Below, piece after piece: positions 34,771-46,135 of a stretch of 64,000 bases of DNA (positions are counted from its first letter, which is position 1; each line of letters starts with the position of its first letter). The translations under genes and the position numbers were made by a program. The stretch is from positions 310,001-374,000 of the forward strand of contig BROI01000022.1 in NCBI GenBank assembly GCA_027923505.1, in the 5' to 3' direction. The notes beneath the pieces are model-generated. The model was given only the letters and a program-made list of their open reading frames with translations. It was not told the origin of the DNA and did no database searches. The DNA comes from Mayamaea pseudoterrestris. Taxonomy: Eukaryota.

Positions 34771-37106
34771 CAGAAAGTAGTCACGACAACTACGAAGGAA
34801 ACGACGACGAAACAATTCCGATGGCGAACCACGCCAACGTACCAGCGAAGTTCTTCAGAAGGGCTGAGCAAGAATCAGGGAATAAATGCCCTCTGTTCTC
34901 TCCAAGCGAACTCATCGGACGCACGTTCGTAAGGGAACACGAAAACGGTCAGAAAATGCGAGCGACTGTATGCGAATATATCGAAGTACGCGATAACGAG
35001 CTACTCGAAACGACGAAAGGTTTCCTAATCCAAATGGGAGAGGAGCCAGCGAAAGACTTAATAAGTTACAACGAACTGTCGGATTTAATCGAACGACAGA
35101 TGGACGAAGATATACGAAACGATCCGGCGACTCAGTGGGTATTCACGAAGGTAATCGGACACGAGCTTAATTTGAAACCGAACGATCCGACATACAAAGG
35201 AAGTTCAAGTAACGTTCTCGTCGAATGGACTGACGGAACGACGACGTGGGAGCCTCTCGCGATCATGAAGAAGGACGATCCGATAACGATCGCAGAGTAT
35301 GGACTCAAGCACGGCTTACTCGACAAGCCAGGATGGAAGCAGCTGGAGCATTACACTCGGAAGCGAAAGAAGTTTCGACAGATGGTAACAGCGGCGAAAC
35401 GAAAATCGAAAGCAAACGGCGTACGCTACAAATTCGGCGTAAGGTTGCCGCGCAATTATAAAGATGCGAAAGCTCTCGACGAGATCAACGGCAACACGCT
35501 GTGGACGGATGCGATTCGAACGGAATTAAATCAGATAAATGATTACGACACGTTCGCAGATCAAGGAGTCGGTAAGGTTATGCCGGCGCCGTGGAAACGA
35601 ATAAACGTGCACATGATATTCGATGTCAAGCACGATTTGCGACGGAAAGCACGACTCGTTGCAGGAGGACATATGACAGAGCCGCCGAAGGATTCAGTTT
35701 ACTCGGGCGTTGTGTCATTGCGAAGTCTACGAATGGTAGCGATGTTAGCGGAACTCAACGGTCTGGAACTGTGGGCAGCTGACGTCGGCAACGCATACTT
35801 GGAAGCGAAAACGAAAGAGAAGGTTTATATCGTGGCAGGTCCGGAGTTCGGGGAGCTCGAGGGTCACACGCTCACGATCGTGAAGGCATTATACGGTCTT
35901 CGCACGTCAGGCGCACGCTGGCACGAGCACTTTGCAGACACGCTCCGCGACATTGGCTTCATGCCGTGTATCGCAGAACCGGACGTGTGGATGCGCGATA
36001 AAGGCACGCACTACGAATACGTTTGTGTGTATGTCGACGATTTAGCGATAGCGATGAAGAATCCGAAGGAACTAACGAATCTTTTAATTGAGAACTACAA
36101 CTACAAGTTGAAGGGCGTCGGTCCATTGGCATATCATTTGGGCGCAGACGTTTGGCGAGACGACGACGGCGTACTCTGCTTCGGAGCGAAGAAGTACGTC
36201 ACAAGACTACTAGCGAACTACAAAGAAATGTTCGGCGAGGAACCGCGACCGCAGACAAGTCCACTACGCGACGGCGATCATCCGGAACTCGACGAAACGA
36301 AAGAACTTGACGACGACGGAATTGCGAAGTATCAATCGATAATTGGTGCGTTGCAATGGGCAGTAAGTTTATGTCGATTCGACATTCACTGTGCTGTCAT
36401 GACTATGGGGAGATTCCGAGCTGCGCCACGAGCGGGGCACTTGGAACGGTTGAAGCATATTTGCGGATACTTACGAAGATACCCGGATGGAGCGATTCGA
36501 TTCAACGTTTCGATTCCAACGGACGAGCGATACGCGACAGTTGACAAGATGGATTGGGATTACAGTGTGTACGGCAAGATCTGCGAAGAGCTTCCGTGGA
36601 ACATGCCCACGCCGCGCGGCAAGGCGGTGCGAATGTCAACGTTCGAAGATGCGAACCTGTACCACGATTACACGACGGGACGGGCAGCGATGGGCATGCT
36701 ACACATGTTGAATGGAACAGTCGTTGATTGGTTTTCGAAACGCCAAGCGACGGTCGAGACGGCGACGTACGGCTCGGAGTTTGTAGCAGCGAGAGTGAGC
36801 ACGGAGCAGATCATGGATCTTCGCTTCACGCTACGCATGTTGGGAGTTCCGCTCGACGGACCTTCATGGATGTTTGGAGACAACAAGTCGGTAACGCAAA
36901 GCAGCAACCTACCGCACTCTAGTCTGACGAAGCGACACAATGCACTGGCATTTCACCGTGTACGCGAAGCGATTGCGGCGGGAATTATTAATTTCAACCA
37001 CATCATGGGAACGACAAACCCGGCGGATGTACTTACCAAGTTTCTTCCACGGGCTACGGCAAGCAAGCACTTAAAGAACCTGCTCTTCAAGGAATCTAAC
37101 TATTAG
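34767..37106 (+). CDS. Copia Pol C-terminal part: chromodomain-like segment, reverse transcriptase, RNase H
   Basis: KARLVAGG, ADVGNAYL, KALYGL, YVDD, ETATYGSEFVA, GDNKSV, NPADVLTK; upstream VLVEWTDGTTTWEPL. Confidence 0.9.
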   Translation: MTESSHDNYEGNDDETIPMANHANVPAKFFRRAEQESGNKCPLFSPSELIGRTFVREHENGQKMRATVCEYIEVRDNELLETTKGFLIQMGEEPAKDLISYNELSDLIERQMDEDIRNDPATQWVFTKVIGHELNLKPNDPTYKGSSSNVLVEWTDGTTTWEPLAIMKKDDPITIAEYGLKHGLLDKPGWKQLEHYTRKRKKFRQMVTAAKRKSKANGVRYKFGVRLPRNYKDAKALDEINGNTLWTDAIRTELNQINDYDTFADQGVGKVMPAPWKRINVHMIFDVKHDLRRKARLVAGGHMTEPPKDSVYSGVVSLRSLRMVAMLAELNGLELWAADVGNAYLEAKTKEKVYIVAGPEFGELEGHTLTIVKALYGLRTSGARWHEHFADTLRDIGFMPCIAEPDVWMRDKGTHYEYVCVYVDDLAIAMKNPKELTNLLIENYNYKLKGVGPLAYHLGADVWRDDDGVLCFGAKKYVTRLLANYKEMFGEEPRPQTSPLRDGDHPELDETKELDDDGIAKYQSIIGALQWAVSLCRFDIHCAVMTMGRFRAAPRAGHLERLKHICGYLRRYPDGAIRFNVSIPTDERYATVDKMDWDYSVYGKICEELPWNMPTPRGKAVRMSTFEDANLYHDYTTGRAAMGMLHMLNGTVVDWFSKRQATVETATYGSEFVAARVSTEQIMDLRFTLRMLGVPLDGPSWMFGDNKSVTQSSNLPHSSLTKRHNALAFHRVREAIAAGIINFNHIMGTTNPADVLTKFLPRATASKHLKNLLFKESNY

Positions 37107-38511
37107 GTATGACTTGAGGGGAGTTGCAGGATGCGAACGAAAACAGCGAAAATCGGGCAAGTCACACCGAATGTCCGATAGGGTGACACAGCGGCACTCG
37201 CGGCTCACCACAGCCTCACGATCGCGTGATGCGTGGCAGCGACGGCTTCGAAGCGATTCAACAAGTATATTGCTGAAACTAGTGCGATATAGAGTAGAAA
37301 CAAGCAGACTTACTAAGCTTGAAGAGTTAAGAAAGCGATTTATTCGTCTCTCGTATTGTAGCAACTGCAAGCTTGGATTGGCCATCCAAGGACAGCTACA
37401 AGCGAAAGGTGCAACGATTTGATTTACAAGTTACAATCTGTCGCCCTCTCAGCGTTTGCCACGATTGCTCCTTTCGCCTAGTCGTCAATGGTTTCAATTC
37501 CTATCTCGAGCGTCCACCGTGGGCGGGCGGAATCTCCTCGAGCGTCCTCCTTCACCATGGGCGGGCGGGCAGGTGAGCAGGTGATGCTGCCTCGAATCTC
37601 GAACGAGGCGAGGCGCGTCACGCGAGGCGCGTCACCGAATTTTTCAAAACGTCGAAATTCTGCCAAGATTCGTCGCTTTTGCACTGACGTTGCACTTTCG
37701 CCGCCGCTTGCTCGATCGATCTAAAACACAAAAAATATTCTCTCGTGGATCTTCATCTTCGTCTCGAATAGATTCGACCATGCCGCCAAAGAAGAAGAAA
37801 GGAGACAAGGAAGGAGGTGAACAGCCACCAAACGATGAAGAAAACGTTGAAACACCAAAGTTGAAAGCCAAACGGAAAGGTAAGAGTGCAATCTTCGTGT
37901 ATGGCTGATAAATTGTCACGTGCGTTCTATGCATTCTCATCTTTTTTCCTTGCTTGTACATGAATAGGGCGTTCCAAATCATCACCTCCTGCATTATGCC
38001 CACCTCTTAAAGTGCATGAGCCGGAAGGGTTAGAGGACTCGAGAATCATTGACTGATGAACGAAAGGGACCGCGACAGTGCAGAACGTATTGCCGCAAAA
38101 GCAGCCGAAGACCAAAGGCTCTGGGATGCAGCTGCAAGGGCACACAATCCACATGCAGATCAAGAGGCTCTCCATGCTCAACATTGGGCTGAGATTGATA
38201 ACATGACCATGGACGAAATTGAAGAAGACGTGCAGCATATTACTGGTAATCCATTGCGTGTCACGTATCGCACCATTGCTGGCCAACGTCTGACATCACC
38301 TGCTGGCATTCAAAGTCCTCCCATGAGGCAGCGGCGGCAGCCACCGATACCACGCCCAGTCTTTGCAGAAGCTGGCCAAGGCCCCCCGGATGAGCCGCCT
38401 GCAGGAGGGGCAGCTGCACTCGTTGCCGGTAACGCTGGAGCTGCTTCTTCACGTATGTCTGACAGCTCTTCACAGTCAGATGCAAGAACTGAGTCATCGG
38501 TAGAGACTGTT

Positions 38512-38691
38512 GACGGCAGCAATGAAGGTCAAGGCCCTCCAGACGAGCCGCCTGCGGACGGTGGCAATGATGGTCAAGGCCCTTTGGACGAGCCGCCTGC
38601 GGATGGCAGCAATGAAGGTCAAGGCCCTCCGGACGAGCCGCCTGCGGACGGTGGCAATGATGGTCAAGGCCCTTTGGACGAGCCGCCTGCT
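38512..38691 (+). repeat. Four 45-bp coding repeats, alternating A/B (DGSNEGQGPPDEPPA / DGGNDGQGPLDEPPA)
   Basis: Visible in DNA and translation. Confidence 0.88.
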
Positions 38692-39248
38692 TGGGGAGCC
38701 AGTAACGAAATGGCGGAAGAGGAGACAGTTGATGGCGGCAACAATGGCCCATACGTCATGGAGGGTTACAGCACTCCTGCCCACCCAGTTCGACCTCAAC
38801 CAGTTGCACACCCATCCTTGCCAAGTCAGCCAAGTGAAAGGCGACACCACAAGTTGGGCAGCAAGATGTCGAAATCTGCTTTTGAGGCAATGAAGGCAAA
38901 TGTAGCTCAGCGTCCGCCATCATTTCCCAAGCAAATCAAGGATTGCAATGCTGTCCTCTCACCAAATTCAGATATTTCAGAGTCACCTGGGCTCCCGTCA
39001 CCAGGAACTCCTCCTAGCTGGCACAGCCCATCCATTCAAGAGGAAATGAAGGTATCAGATGATGATGAGGACGATCTTTCCTATAAGTCCTATAATTACA
39101 AGAATGCTGAAATGGATGATGGACTTGAGCAAATGTGAGTCTGCCATAAGGTGTCTGCTTGTTTTCCAATGTATAATGTTCCTCATAAAGCTTGTTTGCC
39201 TTTCAAAACCTAACTTACAGGTTGGCTGATTTATCTGATGACTCTGTG

Positions 39249-39383
39249 TCTGCTCCCCAAGGCTTGCCTTCTCCGCCAACCGGGCCCCGTCCATCTGCTC
39301 CCCAAGGCTTGCCTTCTCCGCCAACCGGGCCCCGTCCATCTGCTCCCCAAGGCTTGCCCTCTCTGCCAATCGGGCCCCATCCA
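39249..39383 (+). repeat. Three 45-bp coding repeats (SAPQGLPSPPTGPRP)
   Basis: Visible in DNA and translation. Confidence 0.88.
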
Positions 39384-41489
39384 TTTGTCAACACATGTGG
39401 TATCAATTTTCCAGTCCAAGATGCAGATGGTTCTGGTGTTAGCACCCCGGTGTCGGTTGGTCCTTCTGGTTCTAGCAGCCCGCCTCCAGTCGCTGCATCC
39501 GGAACTAGTGAGCCGTTTCTAGTCGCAGTTTCCAGTGCAAGGCGCAGGTGCCCCTGAATCCACTACTAGTGATGATAGGTTGGCGTTGGCTGAACTAGGT
39601 AATCAAGGTTGCTGCCAATGGTTCGTCCAAAGAATCCGTCACTTTTTTGGCTTTCTTTAGAGAAGAAAAAAACATAAACGTTATCACCTGGCAAGAAGAA
39701 GCAATCCCAACCATATCAATATTCCATGGCAAACATTTTAGTGCATGTAGTAAGTTTTAGTTATCATATTTGTAAAGAAGCTTGTCAATTGCCTCAGATG
39801 TGTAGCAATGTAGCAGTAGCATCCTTACGTGAATGAGTGATTGACGTGTCTGACCACCGATGAGCGTCTCGCCGCACCTCATCCCTTGATGCAAACGCTG
39901 TTCAGCCATTTGGATTTGGATCCTTCAAAGCGAGTCGTCCATCAAAAGTCCATCATCGGACTACTGGTAGCTTATCACAATTACTGTATATAGAATCAGT
40001 TAAAGAAGACTCTCATCGCTACAGTCATCAAGTCATTGCCGAATTGATTATTTTACACCCAGTCTTGTACCTCTAGCTGCCGCCAACCAATCTGCCATCA
40101 GCATCATGACAGCAGCAGTCCTTTCACAGCCGTTGAGGCAATGGCTATGCATTCTACCAGTCACATGTCTACAAGTCAAGCCTTTGGAACGAGCTGCGGC
40201 AGCCTTTGGTTCCATTTCTTACTTAAATCAATTAGAATCGAGCGCTAGCTGCAGCAACAGCAACAGTCAATCATCGTTGTTTGCTCCTGCTCCTCCTGCT
40301 GCATCCGGCGTTTCCAATTCACAGCGTTAAATGACGGCTCGAAATGTGACGAGGAACGATTGCCATTGGCTCGTCATTCGTTCGCCAAACATGGGGATGA
40401 GTTAGCTAACGATGAGTGGACAGAGGTAGCCCGCAAGAAGCCAAAATGGTCCAAAGAATGCAACCAAGTGCGATTTAAGTTAGGTTGCAAGAAGAGCTTG
40501 CGTCAGTCTGCAAGCTTACGTGGTGAAGTGCAAACGTCAGCCTGAATGGCTTCTATGCTCTATATTGAGGGCAACTTGAGGGATGTAGCCTAAGAGACAT
40601 CTTGCAGATGTGAGTGGAGCGAGTTTAGATTGCAGCAGAATAAGATCATAATATTGAGTATCGTTAGCAATTGCCGAGTCTTTACTTGTTATCGTACATC
40701 CATACTTTCTAACAACTCTGACCAGTAGCAGAACTCATGCAGTTAACCATCGCCGACCGTGCCACGCCACACAAACCCTTTCGGTATTATATTCCATTTA
40801 TACGCAAGCTGCTAGTAGCCCATCAAAGCATCAAAGTCCATCACTCAACTCTATTACGGTAGTGTATTGCATTGGATGCTGCTGCAAGAGTGGTTGGTTT
40901 TGTTAAAGGGCTGCAAGGTACACAGAATTGCCCTCTTATACTGTAGATGCAAGGAATCAGCTATGAATGTTTTTTTGCACCAATTTTACCACAAGGTTGT
41001 ACCTAAGCACAGTCAAACTGGATTGGTGGAACAATTGTGGTAGGTTTGGAAGGCCTTGCACTGTAGCATCATAGAGTAGGTTCCTGCGTGGATGTCTGAA
41101 CTACCCTCCCATACCGTAGCTGCTTGGAATCGAATACGGGCGATTTTTTGCATCTAACTCACCGCAAGAATGTCTTCAAGCATAGTCAAACAGGATTAAT
41201 GAAACAAGACTCATTTACCGACTGCTGCACCAAAAAGCCCCTTTGCCGATTTAACAGTGCCGCTATCCACGTTTTCTATCGGCAACCAAAGCTCTTCACT
41301 CCCGCAATGGGCATACCGACACCAACTCCCGCTCGCACCGCTCAGGCACAATCGCTGTTATTTAGACGCCATGCTTTGTTTTCTACGTTCAGGCTGTATC
41401 CACGTTTGGGCCAACCACCATGCATCACTTATCACTTCGCCCAGCTCATGGTCATTGTCGGCAACATAAATGCTATAAAGTCGTCGACA

Positions 41490-41760
41490 TTTTGAAGACA
41501 TTTTTCGCCATTTGCGGCCGTTTGCACGGAATTGCTCTCAGCATACTCTTTCTTCATGGCAACACCATCGCTGCCCTATGCAACACTGTGTTGATCAGCT
41601 CACATTTGAAACACGCAAGAGTCTTATCCATAACATTTGGTGCGCCTCTTTCTCGCAATTTGTGCTTTACTGCTTTGCATTAACCAGCTAAAAAACCCGT
41701 GTTGATTTACTTTGATGTCTGCGGATGATTTATCAATAATATTTATATGCTGTTTCGCTG
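41490..41760 (+). pseudogene. Possible class 3 lipase remnant
   Basis: ILFLHG..TIAALC...VLSITFGAPLSRN..F resembles the Lipase_3 TFGAP motif; the GHSxG nucleophile motif is not intact. Confidence 0.4.
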
Positions 41761-44299
41761 CGGCGAGATCTTGTCGCTTGGTCTATCCACATGCGCATTG
41801 AGAGTCTTATATTAGTTTATGCTTGCTATTAAATTTTTCCGCTTCAGATCAGGAGCCCTCGCTCATTGCCGACAGCGGCATCGGTTATTGTGTTTTAAGC
41901 GACAGCTACCAGGGACAACAAAGAATCTTCGGTGCAAGTTGTGACGCTTGTGCCTGTAGTGGCATGCTTGGAATGATGCGCGTTAATCTCGTAAAGTGCT
42001 TTTAACAGATATCCCATTGTCGAGAAATATTTTCAATAAGGTTTTATGCGCGCTGACACGCGATGGAGCCTGCCCTGAGTGTCCGAAATGTTTTGTAGGC
42101 TGGTAGAGCCAGTAATGTATCTATGGCAGCGAGAGGAACGTGATTCTACAATACTGAAGATGTTGCAAAGCTTCCATAATTAATTGCACGTCGGCCCTTG
42201 GGCCACCTTTCCCGCTAACCCACTATTCGTTTCATTATTTTTGTCCACCATCCACACAGGAACCGGCTCCATGGTGCTACATTGTATGGCAGCGAATCTT
42301 TCCATCCTGATTGTCTGTGCTTGAAACATACTTGCGGTTAAGATTGGTGCAATAAACTGGACTCATAGCAGCCACAGTCGAGGAAAAAGAGCAGACATCC
42401 ACGCAAGAACCAGCTTCATGGTGCAACAGTTCATGGCCTACAAACCTATTCCAATTGATTGCGTGGGGCAAAGGAGAGGGCAACTGTTAGAACAAAGACG
42501 ACAAATTTTACCGCGGGTGCTTTGGGTGGTTAAAGTGAGACTGTTGCCGGAAGAGCAAGCTAAAACCACAGCCGCGGCAGTGGGAAGGTTCCCAACGACA
42601 GCCGACGTGAAATAGAAATCACAGAAGCGTAAAGCTTAGAGGCGATGGTGGCGTCAGTGTACTCGCCGACGCAAAGGAGAAAACCGTGTGCCAGCAGGTA
42701 GTTTGCAGTGGCCTGACATGCGCGCACAACAGAACTTGGAATTTAACGAGATACCCCCGGGGGGTGGCTTCGTACGAAGCCACCCAGTCGTCTCTCAATT
42801 TGTGGTACAACACATTCGTCGGGCTGTTCCAATTGCACTGATGGCGGGAGCGACTATAAAGCCTCTTAGGCTGCTCTGTAGATAACTACCTAGTAAATCA
42901 TTGAGTTATTTTATTTTTATATTTCGGCAGAGGGTTGACGCAATTCGGTGGATCGGCGCGACCAAAGTATTTGCGTAGTCGTTGGAGCCATATGACGATC
43001 TCGACCACGGCCTTGTAGGGATGTCACTGGCCGAACAAAGTACACGCAGATTTCCCGAAGGGCGTCATCCCGGTGTGCTAGCCATGAAGGGTCGATTAAC
43101 GCAAGGCGATTTCGCTGGTAGATTATGTGCGAAGAACAGATATGGTTTGGAATGGGTAGACGCATTCATAGCGGGTTTTATCGTCATTACATCATTGTAA
43201 ACGCTGGTTAAGCCCGACTGTTGCCATTGTCAATAAACGAGTTACTGTAAGGGGAGCTAGAATTTGATATCTCTGTGCAGACGATCAACTTATCCCAATT
43301 AAAATGAAAGTTACCATCGGCGTGCTATATAGAGAGCCCAGCGCTGGTTTATGAAACGCACAATGACATCTTCCATGTTCAAGGTCCTCGTTTTATTATT
43401 GCATGGTTTGCTTGTAGCAATACCCTCCTCCAACTTAAATTGCGGCTTTCGGCGTGTCTTGTGCCGTGCACAGTTGACAATCCGAAATTTGGCGGCCGCG
43501 GAGAAGTCTATATTAGCCAAGGCCGCACTAGCCCACGTTGGATGCGGCTCGGCGTGTTCTATATTTGCGTGCGCACGGCGCAAAGCTCACACATGCATTG
43601 CAACCCTACTGATGCGTTACTCATCTCCTTGGCGACAAGAACGGAGAGATTACAGATCACCCGCACCCATGCACTTTAGTGCCATTGTGTTTGTCCACAA
43701 TGGTTCAAATAACATTGATTGTCGGGTGGAAGGAGGTGGCGTTGGATTGTGCTCGTCGACCAACAATAAACATCACCAAGACAGACGACCAACACACGCT
43801 CTCTCCAAGCAAAAGAGCCACGGTGGATCTTACAACCTTTGTAGGCAAATAGCCCTGATTGTAAAGCTGTGCGTGCATCTTTGATGCAGTTTTGCGCGAA
43901 AGTATGGGTCGTCGGTCGTCTTCCATTGAGCTTGTCGCCATATGCGTTTCACCAAAGGTCAATAAACCCATTTCAGTGCACCATGCCGTCTAATACGCGT
44001 CTAAGATTCTTTGTTTAAGATGCGCTGGCAGATGGTAGCCTCAAAGGATGGCTTTGGAGTCAAGAGAGCAACGACAGTCGACGAGCAGCCTCGAGCGGCC
44101 TCGAGCATCGCTCGACTCTCCAACGGTCAGTTGCAAACGTTTCAACCGCTCCATTCGCTACATAGCTTCCATAATAATGATCATGTGTGTATTGTTAGCA
44201 TATAAGGGACCAGTGCAAGTATTTGGAGGGAATGTGCGAAGATAAAAGGAGAAGCCACGGCGATGGTGCATGGTTCCCCGAGTCGGTCGTACGTCGTAG

Positions 44300-44731
44300 G
44301 TGTTGCATGCGTTGCCGGTGCGACGTTTATTTCTGCGTCCATTTGCGACTCTCGCCTCATTATTTCCAGCGTCGTGCGTCGTGCGGCAACGGAGTGTTTC
44401 GTACATGTCAAAGAACGAGTCGTCGTCGATGTCAGAATCGGGAGAAGCCATTGGAATAGTCCTGAATGATGCGGGTGGACTCTGTATCGCCGTCGAGGGC
44501 GATGGATTCGATCCGACAAAAAGCTCTGGCGTTTATACCAATCTTCTTCGCCTCGCTTCGCAGCTGGAGAGTAGTGGAAATTCTTCAAATGCGACTCCCA
44601 TAGTAACGATCGAGATGGACGAGTCTATGATACTTTGCAAGGAGTTTCATGGGCATGGTGTTGCCGCTGCGTTTGCTTTGGCACAACAACAATCGTTGTC
44701 GAAAGAAAGTACTAATTCATCTGCAACGTAA
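44300..44731 (+). CDS. Small hypothetical protein or gene fragment
   Basis: 143-aa ORF with protein-like composition (GIVLNDAGGLCIAVEG); true start unclear, possibly ATG 44405. Confidence 0.4.
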   Translation: MLHALPVRRLFLRPFATLASLFPASCVVRQRSVSYMSKNESSSMSESGEAIGIVLNDAGGLCIAVEGDGFDPTKSSGVYTNLLRLASQLESSGNSSNATPIVTIEMDESMILCKEFHGHGVAAAFALAQQQSLSKESTNSSAT

Positions 44732-44769
44732 TAATAACAATGTTGTTGATATAATAGTCAAATTATGAT

Positions 44770-45710
44770 TCAGATATTACATACGCTAGGCAATATCGGC
44801 AAAAGAAACCATAGCCACCTGCAGCGCAAGGAGTACCAAACAAAGATCTTGTTCGGTCATCAGGCCTAGCAACCGGTGGCACAGACAATAACTGTCATAT
44901 TAGGGGCGTCCGTGTCGTCTGCATGTCGTTAAACCAAATGTACGGCTTGCATTTGAATGTGCTTGCGCTCATTTTGCCAGTCGACGGATTAAATGAGGCA
45001 GTCGGTGCCTCGGACATGGGACTGTGAACCAATTGTGGGACGGAATACAGGAAATTGGCTATACGGGGGATAAAGAAGAGCAGCAGCATCTTGGTAAGAT
45101 GTCCCAGAATAGCAACAACTGCAAAAGTCATGCCGTGTGTTGCCAACGAACACCGATGCGGGGTACCAATTGTGCCAAAGTAAACCAGCCGTCACACCAA
45201 CAAATGATAGCATCATTATTGTAGAGAACAAGTGATTTTCAGGCATATGTCCAGTATGTAATTCAATGAGATTGTGCACCAAAATGGCGACTCTATCCAG
45301 CTTCCAACCCATTAAAAATTCCCGCGTAAATGTTGATTGCATGGTGCAAAAGACAGCCAGCATTCCCATGTACATGAAGTAGTCAAGATATCGAAGATCA
45401 ACAAGCGCGCCATCGGCATTGGCATCAATCACTATCATATGTCAACCAAGCACAACCCCAAGTGCTGTAGCGCCCCCATCCTTCCACAGCATTTGGAACT
45501 GTGTAACAAGCGACGTGCTTCCCGTATAGCCGCATGCCGCATAGTAGAGGTAAAGATGCAACAATTGGAAGTTGGACGAAACAACTTGTATTGCGTATTG
45601 CCGTGGCCAGTCCAATACGTCACCAGTGAATCCAAGGAAGTGCATGAAGCAAATTCACCATCTCATAAAACCAGGCAATTCTTTCTACAAAAACAGAAGT
45701 AACATGCCAC
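44770..45710 (-). pseudogene. DPAGT1: UDP-GlcNAc:dolichyl-phosphate GlcNAc-1-phosphate transferase (DPAGT1/ALG7) pseudogene
   Basis: Fragments YMGMLAVFCT, HNWYPASVFVG and GMTFAVVAILGHLTKMLLLFFIP.IANFLYSVPQL in different frames, with deletions. Confidence 0.85.
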
Positions 45711-46135
45711 ATTACGTGCCACTTCACGCCTACTTTATCGTAGGATTGACTCGCGAGAATCGCTGTGAGATGTGACAATGGACAGCACCGCCTGGTTGAT
45801 CGTGTCATCACGCCACGCCGTGACATTTTAGGCGTCATATTCCGAGGGCAATATTATTATGTTCGGAGAATGTCTTAGGGTAAAGCTTCTTGACATTCTC
45901 GAAGTATCGATATAATAGCCTTCGTCATTTACGATTAGATTTGGCCCTAACGAATGACTGTATAAAAATTCCAGTCAGCAAGCGCCGCGCTTTCGCGGTC
46001 TCGGAAGCTTGCCAAACCAGAGAGAGACCTTTTGTCCCTTGATCCATTGCTCCTTCTTCCATTACAAGCTTGTGCATATAGCAAGTCACAGCAGGAAAGC
46101 AGCAACTACATAAAACGTAGAATTTAATATCAGTC

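Larger units (their letters stand above)
30858..37436 (+). mobile_element. Ty1/Copia LTR retrotransposon (diatom CoDi-like), coding region disrupted
   Basis: 312-bp LTRs (30858-31169, 37125-37436) identical by eye, TSD TCTGT (30853-30857, 37437-37441), PPT GAGGGGAG, order gag-PR (LIDSGAN)-INT-RT (YVDD)-RH. Confidence 0.95.
37780..39660 (+). pseudogene. Spliced low-complexity hypothetical gene, probably decayed
   Basis: MPPKKKK start, GTAAG donor at 37880, 360-aa central ORF, GTGAGT...CTAACTTACAG intron (about 39135-39220). Exon 1 and exon 2 do not join cleanly in frame. Confidence 0.5.

Noticed and set aside
39700..44200. Many short ORFs in the decayed island
   Set aside because: No coherent coding frame or recognisable motif apart from the weak lipase-like remnant.
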